The translations under genes and the position numbers were made by a program. A stretch of DNA of 61,650 nt, filler included, from Nemertoderma westbladi (taxonomy: Eukaryota; Animalia; Xenacoelomorpha): assembly GCA_032718475.1 (NCBI GenBank). It is 2 parts of 2 records of this genome, joined end to end, with 100 filler letters (N's around TTAATTAATTAA, not from the genome) between each part and the next. Parts side by side here need not be neighbours in the genome. Positions count along the whole stretch, not along the records: positions 1 to 29,717 come from JAUCBJ010005096.1; 1 more part is not named here. One strand, given 5' to 3'. The notes beneath the pieces are model-generated. The model had not been told where the DNA came from. It made no database searches and saw only the letters and a list, made by a program, of their open reading frames with translations. Shown piece by piece: positions 1 through 12,127 of this stretch (the first letter of the stretch is position 1; the number at the start of each line of letters is the position of its first letter).

Positions 1-109
1 AAAACAAAAACAAACTCAAACGGACAAACAAAGAATAAACAACATCTATAAACAACATAATAATATTAAGTTTATCTATAAATACCGCGGCGGTACTACT
101 GAAATAAAA

Positions 110-3100
110 CTAATCGCCGATTGGTTCAACATTCTCCTCCCCTTCACTGCTATCCTCCAATCGGATGCGTCGTCTACCTCCCCTAGTAACACGGGGAGTT
201 TGATTGGTTGCTACCTTCTTACCACCTCGTTTCTTAGCAACTGTTTTATTAACAGTTTTATTAAGAACCTCATTGACCTCACCACTAACATTGGGATCCT
301 GACCTTTCTTCAACACTTCTTCTAACTTACTCTCAAATTCGTCGACGACGCTTTTAGTATCACCTTTGGGGAGTTTCCTGGCTTTAGTAACGACGACAGA
401 CATCAAATCGAACACACAGCCGTCAACAAGTTTATCCTGGAAACAATTAAAATGCTCCAATAGTTTCTTTACGACGCGCTCGGTTGCTAACAATTCCGAC
501 ACACAATAAGCGAGACAGCGGGACTGGCGGTCAGTCCTGGAAGCCCGGAACCGGAAACACAACTTCTCCACTAAACTCTCGCATTGTCGCTCTTTACTAA
601 TGAAGGCCAAGAGATGCGACATGATCCTCCGGAAGGTGGTTTCGTCGACGTCGTTACTCGGTAGAGTTGTTGTAAATTTAGTCGCAACTGTTTGAGATAA
701 AGTCCCCGTCTCCTCCGAGAGGTCGGACAACTTCGATATTATATCCGGGAGGATGTTGTACAGAGAGTTTCCTTTCATGGAAAGTTCCGAGAAGAATAGT
801 TTGGCTTTATCGCTGATTGGTTTAACCTCGTCGACGATACACAAGGCCATCTCCGAGATCTGGCCACGGACTTTGATCATATCGTTTAGGACGAGATGTG
901 TGAGTACGAGAACGGCGTGGTCCCGTACGAAGGGGGACTGGTCGCGGAGACGGGCGTACAGATGGGGGGTCCAGGGGTCTGCCAGGTTGGGGAACCGGAT
1001 GGCCACGTCGCCCAGAGCGACCACCAGGTTGCCGCGGGTCACCGGGTCCGCCGACCGGTCCAGCACGGTGCACAGCAGCTGGAGGTGGCGCTCGCAGGTC
1101 GCGGGGCTCACCAGAGCGAAGCGAGCCAACGCGAGACTGGCCGCGCATTGGAGCCGGGGGTCGGGGTACCGATGGGGCCGGGAGCAGACCTCGACGACCA
1201 GCGGGAGGGCCCGGCCCAGCAGCCCGGAGGCGGACAGCAGTTCCGAGTCGCAGACCGAGCGGATCGCGTCGGCGTGGACGTCCTCCGAGGGAGGGGCCTC
1301 GTCCTCGGGGTCGCCGCGGCAGCTAGCCGCGGTGCTGGGACGGGCCGTAACGCTTGGGCGAGCCGTAACGCTGTAACGCGAGTCCGTAACGCTCGGTTTA
1401 CCGACTCCGTCGCGGCGTTTAAGTTCGAGGAAGAGATTAACGTCGAGATGAACGAGCTGGGAGAGCGCGACTATCGATACTACCGTTAGATACCGCGATA
1501 GTAACACCGGAGAGGCGGAGATCTCATCGGAAGTTACGGCGTTACAGGCGGCGGTTACGGGGTCGGTAGTTACGGGGTCGGTAGTTACGGGGTCGGGAGT
1601 TACGGGGTCGGTAGTTACGGGGTCGGTAGTTACGGGGTCGGTAGTTACGGGGTCGGTAGTTACGGGGTCGGTAGTTACGGGGTCGGTAGTTACGGGGTCG
1701 GTAGTTACACGAACCAACCTCCCGGCCAACCCCCTAATAATCCGTCCGCTAATCGAGTCGGGATGTTCCGATATGGAGTAGACGGTCTTTATAACGAGAT
1801 CCGCCAAGGGGATCCAGTTGGACGACGACTCCTCCGTGAAGGATTCCTCCAACAAGGCGACCGACTCCGTCACCAACTCGCAGCCGTCACTCAGCCGCTC
1901 CGGTTGGAGGTTGTTGAGCTCCTTGTTGCGTTTGAGACTGGCGTTGAGTATCGCTCGGTAGGAGGCGCTACGCAACTCGAGGTCCTTCTCGGATCGCAAC
2001 CCCCGTTTAATCACCGTTTCCAGGTTGCTGAGAACGACTTCCGGTTTAGCAGCGGCTACCATCCCCAACAGTCGGGCCGCCGCCACAGAGTCGCCGTAGG
2101 AACTACCCGGGAACGAACCCGAGAACTTCTCCCACATAACGTTGAAACAGTTCCTGCCGAGATCGTTGGAGACGACGAGACACTTGATGAGTTCCTCGAG
2201 ACAGACGAGTTCGCCGTGGCCGAGGTCGTCCACCAACCGGGAGAGGCCGTCGACCACGTAGACGCATCGGTTGCGGGGCGACAACGGGGTCGAGGGCTCC
2301 AGGAAGAGTTGCCGATAGGCGGCGATCACGGCGTCCCGGACGGAGACCTCCCGACTCAGAACCAACGACAACATCCTTCGGACGCCGAGCTCCGCAACCG
2401 GGAGGCCAAATTTCTTCATCGTGACGAAGAACTGAACGGATTCCAGAACGTCCGTCGGAGTCCGCGAGTTGAGGAGCTGAGCGGCGACGGGGCCGGACGA
2501 GTTGATATGTCGGGAGAACGCGACGCATTCCGATAGGTACTCCACGACAAGTCGCTGCTTCACTCGCCGCTCCTCTCTGCGCTCCTCCGTCTGGGTCGCC
2601 TCCGTCTGGGTCGTCTCCCGCACCTCCCCGAACAGCACCCGTCGCGGGTCGAACTCCTCCGGTACCTCAACCACCGCCTCCGCTACGTAGACCCGTTTAA
2701 CCGCCTCAACCAGCGCCCCCAGCGGGTCCGCAGTCCGACTCCGCAGTAACTCCGCCTCCGGGAAGACGCATCGTGCTGCCGCTACCAGGGTAACCGCGTC
2801 CGCAAACCGGGACGCCTCCAACAGCTTACGCACCGACTCCACGACCGTCTCCAAGGAGTCCCCCTCGTCCAACACCCCCTCCAGACTCAGCTCGTCGGTC
2901 TCCTGCAACTCGGTGACCCGGTCGACCACCGCAGGGAACATAAGTTCCCAGCGTTCCAGAACGTCTGTCTCCTCCGCCGTTCCGAGCCCCGCCAACGCGG
3001 TCCGTTCGCGTTCTAGAATCCCTTCCAACTCGGGTAACTCGAGTCTCGCCGCGAACGGATTCCTCTCCACTAGCGTCCTCAGCAGTAGGATCGCCGACTT

Positions 3101-4375
3101 ACGGACGATCGAGGATTTATCCGACAGCCGTCCGACAACCGCTCCGACCAGGGCCGTCTGTCGGCTCAGTGGGATCGCGTCCGACAGACTCAGCGTCTGG
3201 AAGGTCTGCAACGCGCGGCTACGGACGTACGCATTAACGTCGTGGATGTGGTCGGACAGTCGGTCCAGCAGCTGGTCGCGGGAGCGTCTGTCCCTGTCGG
3301 ACGTCCGACAGTCGCTGTCAGATGTTCGACGGTCAGCAAACAACCGACGGACCAGCTCCCCCATCACGGACAGCAGGGCCGACCGCAGACTGTAGGGGTC
3401 GGAGTCCAACAGGTCGACTAGCAGGTAGAGGCCCTGGTAGACCTCCGCAGGGAGACGCTCGGTTAGCTCGACAAGGAACCCCGCTATGGATTTACTCGCG
3501 ACCGGGTCCCGGGACAGGTCGGAAAGTTTGCGGAGCTCCTGGAGGACGTCGGAGACCACGGTAGTGGCGCCTCCAGCGACCCAGAAGGTAACCGCTTCCG
3601 CCATCGGGGCCGGTAAGTGTTCGTACAACTGTAACAGCTGTATGACCTTGACGCTCGCGGTAACCCCGTGGCTGTATCGCTTAATAAACACCCCGATTAG
3701 ATAGAAGACGGACTCCTTTATCCCGATAACTCGACTCAACCCCGGACTCTCCAACAGTTTGTACGCCACCCCGGTTACCATAGATACGAATTCCTCTTCT
3801 ACCACGCCATTGGCCCAGAGTTTGTTTAGTCTACGCATCGCAACGCCCCCTAGCAGGTCCAACGCGCGTTGGCTCTCCAGCTGGATGTTCACGCTGCTCC
3901 CGTTGCTTAGCAACGTAGAAGCTTTCTTACCGCGGCCCTTCGGCAGGTTAACGGACTCCCGTCCGACTGACTGCAGACTGACTAGGGACTGGAGGTGCTG
4001 GCAGATCAAATAGGTGGACATTTTGAGTAGCAGCCGACACTTTGGTCTGGAACCGGCGTCGCCTGCGATGCATGAATCGATAGCTCCGTACAGCCCGGAG
4101 AGACAGTCGATGAGACAGTTCCAGCTGCTAACTCTGATACTATCGTCGACATCGTTAAAATGGAACACAACGCTGAAGTGCGTGTCGAATGTTCGTAATA
4201 AACTGTCGGTACCGTCGGACTGGAAGGAGTTACAGGCTTCCAACACCTTCTGGGATATCCGTCTAGGACTGCAGAGTTCTGTTACGGTGTAAGAGTTCGC
4301 AGTTGTATCTGAGCACCGCAGTAAATCTTTCTTGGTATGCGGAATAACGAACTCAGAATAATCAGTGGTGTCCAT
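110..4375 (-). CDS. NCAPD2: Condensin I HEAT subunit CAP-D2 (condensin complex subunit 1, Ycs4/Cnd1), single 1421-aa ORF
   Basis: Recognisable motifs HDVNAYVRSRALQ, RLSDKSSIVRKSAILLL and the Cnd1 region RGNLVVALGDVAIRFPNLADPWTPHLYARLRD...LNDMIKVRGQISEMALC. Length is typical and the tail is basic with a TP site. Confidence 0.93.
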   Translation of the reverse strand: MDTTDYSEFVIPHTKKDLLRCSDTTANSYTVTELCSPRRISQKVLEACNSFQSDGTDSLLRTFDTHFSVVFHFNDVDDSIRVSSWNCLIDCLSGLYGAIDSCIAGDAGSRPKCRLLLKMSTYLICQHLQSLVSLQSVGRESVNLPKGRGKKASTLLSNGSSVNIQLESQRALDLLGGVAMRRLNKLWANGVVEEEFVSMVTGVAYKLLESPGLSRVIGIKESVFYLIGVFIKRYSHGVTASVKVIQLLQLYEHLPAPMAEAVTFWVAGGATTVVSDVLQELRKLSDLSRDPVASKSIAGFLVELTERLPAEVYQGLYLLVDLLDSDPYSLRSALLSVMGELVRRLFADRRTSDSDCRTSDRDRRSRDQLLDRLSDHIHDVNAYVRSRALQTFQTLSLSDAIPLSRQTALVGAVVGRLSDKSSIVRKSAILLLRTLVERNPFAARLELPELEGILERERTALAGLGTAEETDVLERWELMFPAVVDRVTELQETDELSLEGVLDEGDSLETVVESVRKLLEASRFADAVTLVAAARCVFPEAELLRSRTADPLGALVEAVKRVYVAEAVVEVPEEFDPRRVLFGEVRETTQTEATQTEERREERRVKQRLVVEYLSECVAFSRHINSSGPVAAQLLNSRTPTDVLESVQFFVTMKKFGLPVAELGVRRMLSLVLSREVSVRDAVIAAYRQLFLEPSTPLSPRNRCVYVVDGLSRLVDDLGHGELVCLEELIKCLVVSNDLGRNCFNVMWEKFSGSFPGSSYGDSVAAARLLGMVAAAKPEVVLSNLETVIKRGLRSEKDLELRSASYRAILNASLKRNKELNNLQPERLSDGCELVTESVALLEESFTEESSSNWIPLADLVIKTVYSISEHPDSISGRIIRGLAGRLVRVTTDPVTTDPVTTDPVTTDPVTTDPVTTDPVTTDPVTPDPVTTDPVTTDPVTAACNAVTSDEISASPVLLSRYLTVVSIVALSQLVHLDVNLFLELKRRDGVGKPSVTDSRYSVTARPSVTARPSTAASCRGDPEDEAPPSEDVHADAIRSVCDSELLSASGLLGRALPLVVEVCSRPHRYPDPRLQCAASLALARFALVSPATCERHLQLLCTVLDRSADPVTRGNLVVALGDVAIRFPNLADPWTPHLYARLRDQSPFVRDHAVLVLTHLVLNDMIKVRGQISEMALCIVDEVKPISDKAKLFFSELSMKGNSLYNILPDIISKLSDLSEETGTLSQTVATKFTTTLPSNDVDETTFRRIMSHLLAFISKERQCESLVEKLCFRFRASRTDRQSRCLAYCVSELLATERVVKKLLEHFNCFQDKLVDGCVFDLMSVVVTKARKLPKGDTKSVVDEFESKLEEVLKKGQDPNVSGEVNEVLNKTVNKTVAKKRGGKKVATNQTPRVTRGGRRRIRLEDSSEGEENVEPIGD
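1554..1708 (-). repeat. In-frame 15-bp coding minisatellite, (VTTDP)x10
   Basis: GTTACGGGGTCGGTA repeated 10 times with one substitution (VTPDP). Confidence 0.97.
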
Positions 4376-4541
4376 CTTATTTAGCTTTATACAGTTATAG
4401 GCCTATGAAATTTCCTACATACAGTGCCTACAAAATTAACACGGCTGTACGGTAGGCCTACCTTCAACCTACGATGATTAAAACGTCTGTCCTTATCTAA
4501 TCTGATTTGACGGTATCTGACACTTGTTCCACCTTGGTTCA

Positions 4542-4780
4542 GGGCCACCTTGGTGTAGTGGTTAGATTGAATTCATATCTCTCGGAGGTTGTGGGTTCAA
4601 CCCCCGCATGGGGGCCAAGGCAGTTTTCGTTTCGACACGAATGCTTTGAAGGGTTTAACAAGGTATCTCTCTAAATAAATCATAGCTAAATGAGTACTGG
4701 AGTTTCTGCCCATGTCAGCATGTGAAGTTTCCAAGCAATCCCTTTCCGATTGAAAAAACGCACATCAGAAAGGAATCCCA
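4542..4780 (+). mobile_element. tRNA-derived SINE-like sequence
   Basis: A box TGGTGTAGTGG (4551-4561) and B box GGTTCAACCCC (4594-4604) at tRNA spacing. No intact cloverleaf; 3' end approximate. Confidence 0.55.
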
Positions 4781-4982
4781 TTCTCTATCATTAGGGAACT
4801 TTCGTATTTTCAGATTTTCGACCATCTCACAACTTAACAAACAGTCCGCCATTGTAACCTGCTCCTTTCCCTCAATTGGTAGGTAAAAACATCGTTTATT
4901 TTTTTGGTTAGAAAAGCTGCCTCTGTAACCTGCTCCTTTCCCGCAATTGAAAGCCCGCCTCTGTAGCCTGCTCCTTTCCCCC

Positions 4983-7018
4983 TGTAAAGGCTTTTGCGGA
5001 TCTAGCTAGTTATTTTCCCCGCAAAGTACTCTGTAGGTGTTTTAGCGGACATAAAAAGCCATTTTTCTGTATGTGTACTTTGGCGGACATAACAAGCCAT
5101 TTTGTGCCGCAATACGCCAAAATACTCTTAATACAGTGTAGTTCAGATGACGACATCTATCAGCTGATATGTCGACGTGGAGCTTTTTGGCTTTCTTTGT
5201 TCTTTGTTCGGCTCGACCAATCAGAGCGATTTTCATTTTGTGTTGGACAGTGCCTATAGAAACTCACGCAATTCAGTCAGTGTGTATCTTTCTAAGCCCA
5301 GAACACCGGCTTAGGATTCTTCTGTACTTCTGTGGAAGTTTCAGTCTTTGACCTAACCTCAGAAACATCAGATGGCTTTGATCAAAGGAACGTAAAACTA
5401 TTAACATAGCACACAGCAGACTCACGGCACAGCACACCGCCACATCGCGGCATCACGCAACGCGATTCAACTACACATACTGACTGTTCACCGCATTAAT
5501 TGATTCTGTTATTAATTGGTGTTACAGTGTTATGTTGTTATATATTGCTGATATATTTGGAGAATACCGATGAATAATCATAAAACCCTCAATCTCTTTG
5601 ATTACTAAAGGTTAGAGGAACAGGTTTACCGGTAGCAACTGCGACTTACATTAAAGTGGTTTTTGTGTGAATTGAATGTTATTTCATAATCCCTACATGT
5701 GTCAGTTGCGATCCTCCTTATATATGATCAAATTCAGTGACGGTCGGCAGATCAGTGCGCAGTAGTGTGAACTAGCGTTAGACCGGAGCCAAATTTTTGC
5801 CGGAGCCGGAACCGGACCGGGTAAATTCCAAAAGTACCGGAGCCGGAACCGGAGCCGGACCAGGTAAGTAAAATTTAAAAAAATATATTGAGGCCTGGAT
5901 GCCTGGTATGACTGTATGACCTAAAGGTACCGGTACCACTGCTGCGCTGCACTGTCAGACTGTACTATAATACGACCTGGCATGTTGCAGTTAGTCCACT
6001 AGCCTACACAGCTACATTTAGTGAGCCAACTTCTCCACTTTCTGACTTTGTTTATACTTTATACTCATAAACCAGTAGGGCCTACATTACGGTCTGACGG
6101 TAGTCGGTAGTTTTATTACATATTAAATCTAACAAAACAACAGATCAACGATGCAATAGAAGAATGGTTGATAGCATCAACTCAGTCTGCCAGTAGATCT
6201 GTAGATGTAGACAGGTAGAGGTATACTGGTATAGGTACTAGTACTAATACTACTGTACTAGGCTAGTGACAGCGACAGGCAGACAGGCTAGACAGAGTCA
6301 GAGAGTGAGTAGGTAGTACAGTACTGTAGGTACTAGTGTACTGACTCACTGACTGGCCTGTCTTTGTAGCCTCAGCCTGGCACCTGGTAGGCCAGTACAG
6401 CAGTAGGCAGTGTACCGGTAGCTGTACTATGATGGACTAGACTAGATGACTGCGACTGTGGACAACTGATTGTGCATTGTACATCTGTACATTGTGTGTC
6501 TCTGTCTGTCTTTTACAGTTTTATACTGGAGCTCCGGTCCTCCGGTCATATTTTAGCCGGAGCCGGACCGGAACCGGAGCACCATTTTCCGGGCCGGATC
6601 CGGACCCGGAGCTCCGGTCTAACACTAGTGTGAACTAGTGTGAAGTAGTGTGAAGGTTAATAAAGCATCTCCTAAAGAATGCGCCTTTTACGAAACTCAG
6701 TAGCCATCCAGTTGTGATTAGTATAAGTCATAACTCTGTTTTATACTTAAAGCGCCACGTCCTAAAGGAACTGTTAATATTTCCCCGAAAGTGAATAATA
6801 TTGTCAGAGATTATATATTAACGATCAATCGAATAATACAGTAGGTCTACACTGCAATCACTATCAAAGCATCCGAATCCAGTCTCCCTTAACTGTGGGT
6901 GAATGGTCGCGCACAGGCTGGCTTCGGCTGATGTACCTTCAGTACATTAAATAATTGATATACAAAAAGACACCTAAAATTGGCAGGTTAAACTGCTAAA
7001 GGTCTAAAAGCGCGAACA
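4983..7018 (+). mobile_element. Solo LTR (copy A), interrupted by a hAT MITE
   Basis: TG...CA termini, 5-bp TSD CCCCC (4978-4982 / 7019-7023), homologous end to end to the inverted copy at 23283-24441. Strand is relative to copy B. Confidence 0.85.
5773..6627. mobile_element. Non-autonomous hAT-type MITE
   Basis: 17-bp TIR TAG(C/T)GTTAGACCGGAGC, 8-bp TSD GTGTGAAC, subterminal CCGGA repeats. Absent from LTR copy B. Confidence 0.88.
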
Positions 7019-7845
7019 CCCCCAATTTATAAGTAACAAACAGCGTTTATTGATTACCACATTCCCATTATCCCACCGACCGACCTATCGACTGACCGAC
7101 CAACCGACCGACCACCCACCTACCCAAAGACCCATCCCTTTAAACAAATGCGTTGACTCATATTGGCCTTCCTCGGGCATCTGGAAATATTCACAAGGGC
7201 CTGAGTTTCCTCTGGGGAGGATAGTTCTGGGGGGACGAGTGGACGCCGGACGACACTGGAAATATGTAAGTCAATAAGTCGTCAGACTTTGTGCGTAATC
7301 CCTGGCTTAACGGCTGAAAAAAATTTGCTTTACTTTACTTTACCTTGGTGTAGTTGTTTATACTATTAGTTTATACTTATATGAACAAGGTATGAAACCA
7401 CAAACCAGTACAGTATGTTCCTAGTTCATACCCAAGGACAGCTCTACTACTGTACAACTACTACTACTAGTAGAGCTGTCCTTGTTCCTACCCCTACCAT
7501 ACCTTGCTGCATTGGCTGCATTCCGGCTGTACTGTACATTATGTTACATGATGCTATGTATCCCAGCAACCCGTTCCCTTATTGGCTATTTACGTAACTG
7601 ACAGTACCTTAGACAATGATATATCTTTATTCTGATTGGTTAGGCCATAGGATCAGATGCGGTCATATCAGATCAGATAAGGACAGACGTTTTATTCTAC
7701 CTCCCTTCAACCTAATTGTGTATTTTCGGACATTACTATTGTCCCTTCCGGGTCCTACTAATTACCCCAACCTACCCCAACCTACCACAATCTACCCCAA
7801 CCTACCACAATCTACCGCAATCTACCCTAACAATTCGATAGAGGC

Positions 7846-9640
7846 ATCTAATTACCACAATATTATTTTACATTGGTATCTAATTACCACAATATACAGA
7901 ACTCAAGTGTCTATTTACCACAAGACTACACTGCATCTAATCAGTCTAATTACCACAATATTATTTTACAATGGCATCTAATTACCACAATATACAGAAC
8001 TCAAGTGTCTATTTACCACAAGACTACACTGCATCTAATTACCACAATATTATTTTACATTGGCATCTAATTACCACAATATACAGAACTCAAGTGTCTA
8101 TTTACCACAAGACTACACTGCATCTAATTACCACAATATTATTTTACATTGGCATCTAATTACCACAATATATAGAACGCAAGTGTCTATTTACCACAAG
8201 ACTACACTGCATCTAATTACCACAATATTATTTTACAATGGCATCTAATTACCACAATATGCAATATACAGAACTTAAGTGTCCATTTACCACAAGACTA
8301 CACTGCATCTAATTACCACAACATTATTTTACAATGGCATCTAATTACCACAATATAGAGAACTCAAGTGTCTATTTACCACAAGACTACACTGCATCTA
8401 ATTACCACAATATTATTTTACATTGGCATCTAATTACCACAATATACAGAACTCAAGTGTCTATTTACCACAAGACTACACTACATCTAATTACCATAAT
8501 AATATTTTACATTGGCATCTAATTACCACAATATATAGAACGCAAGTGTCTATTTACCACAAGACTACACTGCATCTAATTACCACAATATTATTTTACA
8601 ATGGCATCTAATTACCACAATATACAGAACTTAAGTGTCTATTTACCACAAGACTACACTGCATCTAATTACCACAACATTATTTTACAATGGCATCTAA
8701 TTACCAAAATATAGAGAACTCAAGTGTCTATTTACCACAAGACTACACTGCATCTAATTACCACAATATTATTTTACATTGGCATCTAATTACCACAATA
8801 TATAGAACGCAAGTGTCTATTTACCACAAGCTGACAAGACTACACTGCATCTAATTACCACAATATTATTTTACAATGGCATCTAATTACCACAATATAG
8901 AGAACTCAAGTGTCTATTTACCACAAGACTACACTGCATCTAATTACCACAATATTATTTTACATTGGCATCTAATTACTACAATATACAGAACTCAAGT
9001 GTCTATTTACCACAAGACTACACTGCATCTAATTACCACAACATTATTTTACAATGGCATCTAATTACCACAATATAGAGAACTCAAGTGTCTATTTACC
9101 ACAAGACTACACTGCATCTAATTACCACAATATTATTTTACATTGGCATCTAATTACCACAATATACAGAACTCAAGTGTCTATTTACCACAAGACTACA
9201 CTGCATCTAATTACCACAATATTATTTTACATTGGCATCTAATTACCACAATATACAGAACTGCAAGTGTCTATTTACCACAAGACTACACTGCATCTAA
9301 TTACCACAATATTATTTTACAATGGCATCTAATTACCACAATATACAGAACTTAAGTGTCTATTTACCACAAGACTACACTGCATCTAATTACCACAACA
9401 TTATTTTACAATGGCATCTAATTACCAAAATATAGAGAACTCAAGTGTCTATTTACCACAAGACTACACTGCATCTAATTACCACAATATTATTTTACAA
9501 TGGCATCTAATTACCACAATATACAGAACGCAAGTGTCTAATTACCACAATATACAGTACGGTAGTAGTTATTAATACTCAGTGTCTAATTACCACAAGA
9601 CTTCACTAACGTCTAATTACCACAATATATACAGAACGCA
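7846..9640 (+). repeat. 89-bp tandem array (left foldback arm)
   Basis: Each unit is three 32/31/26-bp subrepeats starting CTA(A/T)TTACCACAA. Confidence 0.95.
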
Positions 9641-10671
9641 AGTGTCTAATCACAACAGTATTATTTTTTAGGTTTGACAAATATATTGGAATGACAAATG
9701 TAAACGCTCAACCGAAGTACGAATTCATTGATGTGTCTCGATTATTTGTACCTTTGTGGCAAATGGGCTTGATAATGGAGCTGACTATTTGTTGATTCGC
9801 TACTGATGACTGTAATGAGTATTAAAAAATACTCCTAACGAAATTTAACTTACGAAACTAAATGTTACTTATTGTCTTATTTAATATGTTGCGCAGTATG
9901 TCGTTTATTTACTTGTCAATTACGATTTCATCACGTAAACAAATACACAAATGCTTTTAATAATTTTATGTTTCACTAACTACAATCATCTTTAAAACAC
10001 CCACCAACGCTGATATTACTTAATTCTATTTACCTTTTAACTTAGGCCTATCTGTGATCTCTGATGTTTTTCGGTGATTGTCTTACATGACTTTATAATT
10101 GATAAAATTTAATTACACACAAACATTAGTAAATAAAATAAAATACAAAATATGTCTATAGGATTTTCAGTCGATGGAATTGTTGGCAAAAGCTAAAATA
10201 ATAATAAAAAAATCAAGTAAGGTACAGTATATTCTCTGAATGGGCATTGATCAGTAAGCTGGTCAGGGCTTGTAAATATAATCTAAGGGCAAGGGTTCTG
10301 TTGTGCTCTGGGATATGTGGGCACAGTTTACTGTAGGATGACAATTGGCGGTGGAGAATGATATTTATATCATAAGCAACATTTACAGTAGCAAATATGT
10401 GGAAGAATTATTTCAATCCATCATTATTCGTGGAAGAGTTTCAGCGAGAAGAGTCAAAATTATGTCAACCTCATACTGTACAAATTTCAACAGAATGGAC
10501 GTGATTAATTACATTAAATCGAAGGTGGCCCCGCACCCGTCGCACCGACTCGGCACTGCCTCCAGGATCGTACCCGTACCCGGCGGCCGTACCGGATCGC
10601 CAGCGCATCCCGGAACTCCATGGGGGAGAGATCAAGTTGGTGTTCGGCTACGATATATATATTGTATATAT

Positions 10672-12127
10672 ATTGTGGTAATTAGACGTTAGTGAAGTCT
10701 TGTGGTCATTAGACACCGAGTATTAGGGCCTAATAACTACCGTACTGTATAGTGTATATTGTGGTAATTAGATGCCATTGTAAAATAATATTGTGGTAAT
10801 TAGATACAGTGTAGTTTTGTGGTAAATAGACACTTGAGTTCTGTATATTGTGGTAATTAGATGCCAATGTAAAATAATATTGTGGTAATTAGATGCAGTG
10901 TAGTCTTGTGGTAAATAGACACTTGAGTTCTGTATATTGTGGTAATTAGATGCCAATGTAAAATAATATTGTGGTAATTAGATGCAGTGTAGTCTTGTGG
11001 TAAATAGACACTTGAGTTCTGTATATTGTGGTAATTAGATGCCAATGCAAAATAATATTGTGGTAATTAGATGCAGTGTAGTCTTGTGGTAAATAGACAC
11101 TTGAGTTCTGTATATTGTGGTAATTAGATGCAGTGTAGTCACTGTAGTCTTGTGGTAAATAGACACTTCAGTTCTGTATATTGTGGTAATTAGACGCCAT
11201 TGTAAAATAATATTGTGGTAATTAGATGCAGTGTAGTCTTGTGGTAAATAGACACTTGAGTTCTGTATATTGTGGTAATTAGATGCCAATGTAAAATAAT
11301 ATTGTGGTAATTAGATGCAGTGTAGTCTTGTGGTAAATAGACACTTGAGTTCTGTATATTGTGGTAATTAGATGCCAATGCAAAATAATATTGTGGTAAT
11401 TAGATGCAGTGTAGTCTTGTGGTAAATAGACACTTGAGTTCTGTATATTGTGGTAATTAGATGCAGTGTAGTCTTGTGGTAAATAGACACTTCAGTTCTG
11501 TATATTGTGGTAATTAGACGCTATTGTAAAATAATATTGTGGTAATTAGATGCAGTGTAGTCTTGTGGTAAATAGACACTTGAGTTCTGTATATTGTGGT
11601 AGGCCTAATTAGATGCCAATGTAAAATAATATTGTGGTAATTAGATGCAGTGTAGTCTTGTGGTAATTAGATGCAGTGTAGTCTTGTGGTAAATAGACAC
11701 TTGAGTTCTGTATATTGTGGTAATTAGATGCCAATGTAAAATAATATTGTGCTAATTAGATGCAGTGTAGTCTTGTGGTAAATAGACACTTGAATTCTGT
11801 ATATTGTGGTAATTAGATGCCAATGTAAAATAATATTGTGGTAATTAGATGCAGTGTAGTCTTGTGGTAAATAGACACTTCAGTTCTGTATATTCTGATA
11901 TTGTGGTAATTAGACGCCATTGTAAAATAATATTGTGGTAATTAGATGCAGTGTAGTCTTGTGGTAAATAGACACTTGCGTTCTGTATATTGTGGTAATT
12001 AGATGCCAATGTAAAATAATATTGTGGTAATTAGATGCAGTGTAGTCTTGTGGTAAATAGACACTTGCGTTCTGTATATTGTGGTAATTAGACGCCATTG
12101 TAAAATAATATTGTGGTAATTAGATGC
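10672..12127 (-). repeat. 89-bp tandem array, inverted (right foldback arm)
   Basis: Reverse complement of the left-arm units. Confidence 0.95.

Noticed and set aside
753-4292. Overlapping and antisense ORFs within CAP-D2
   Set aside because: Shadow ORFs expected from GC-rich coding DNA, with no recognisable motifs
4542-4616. Functional tRNA genes here and at 15565-15640
   Set aside because: A and B boxes are present but the cloverleaf stems are broken; the 15565 copy continues into a repeated SINE body
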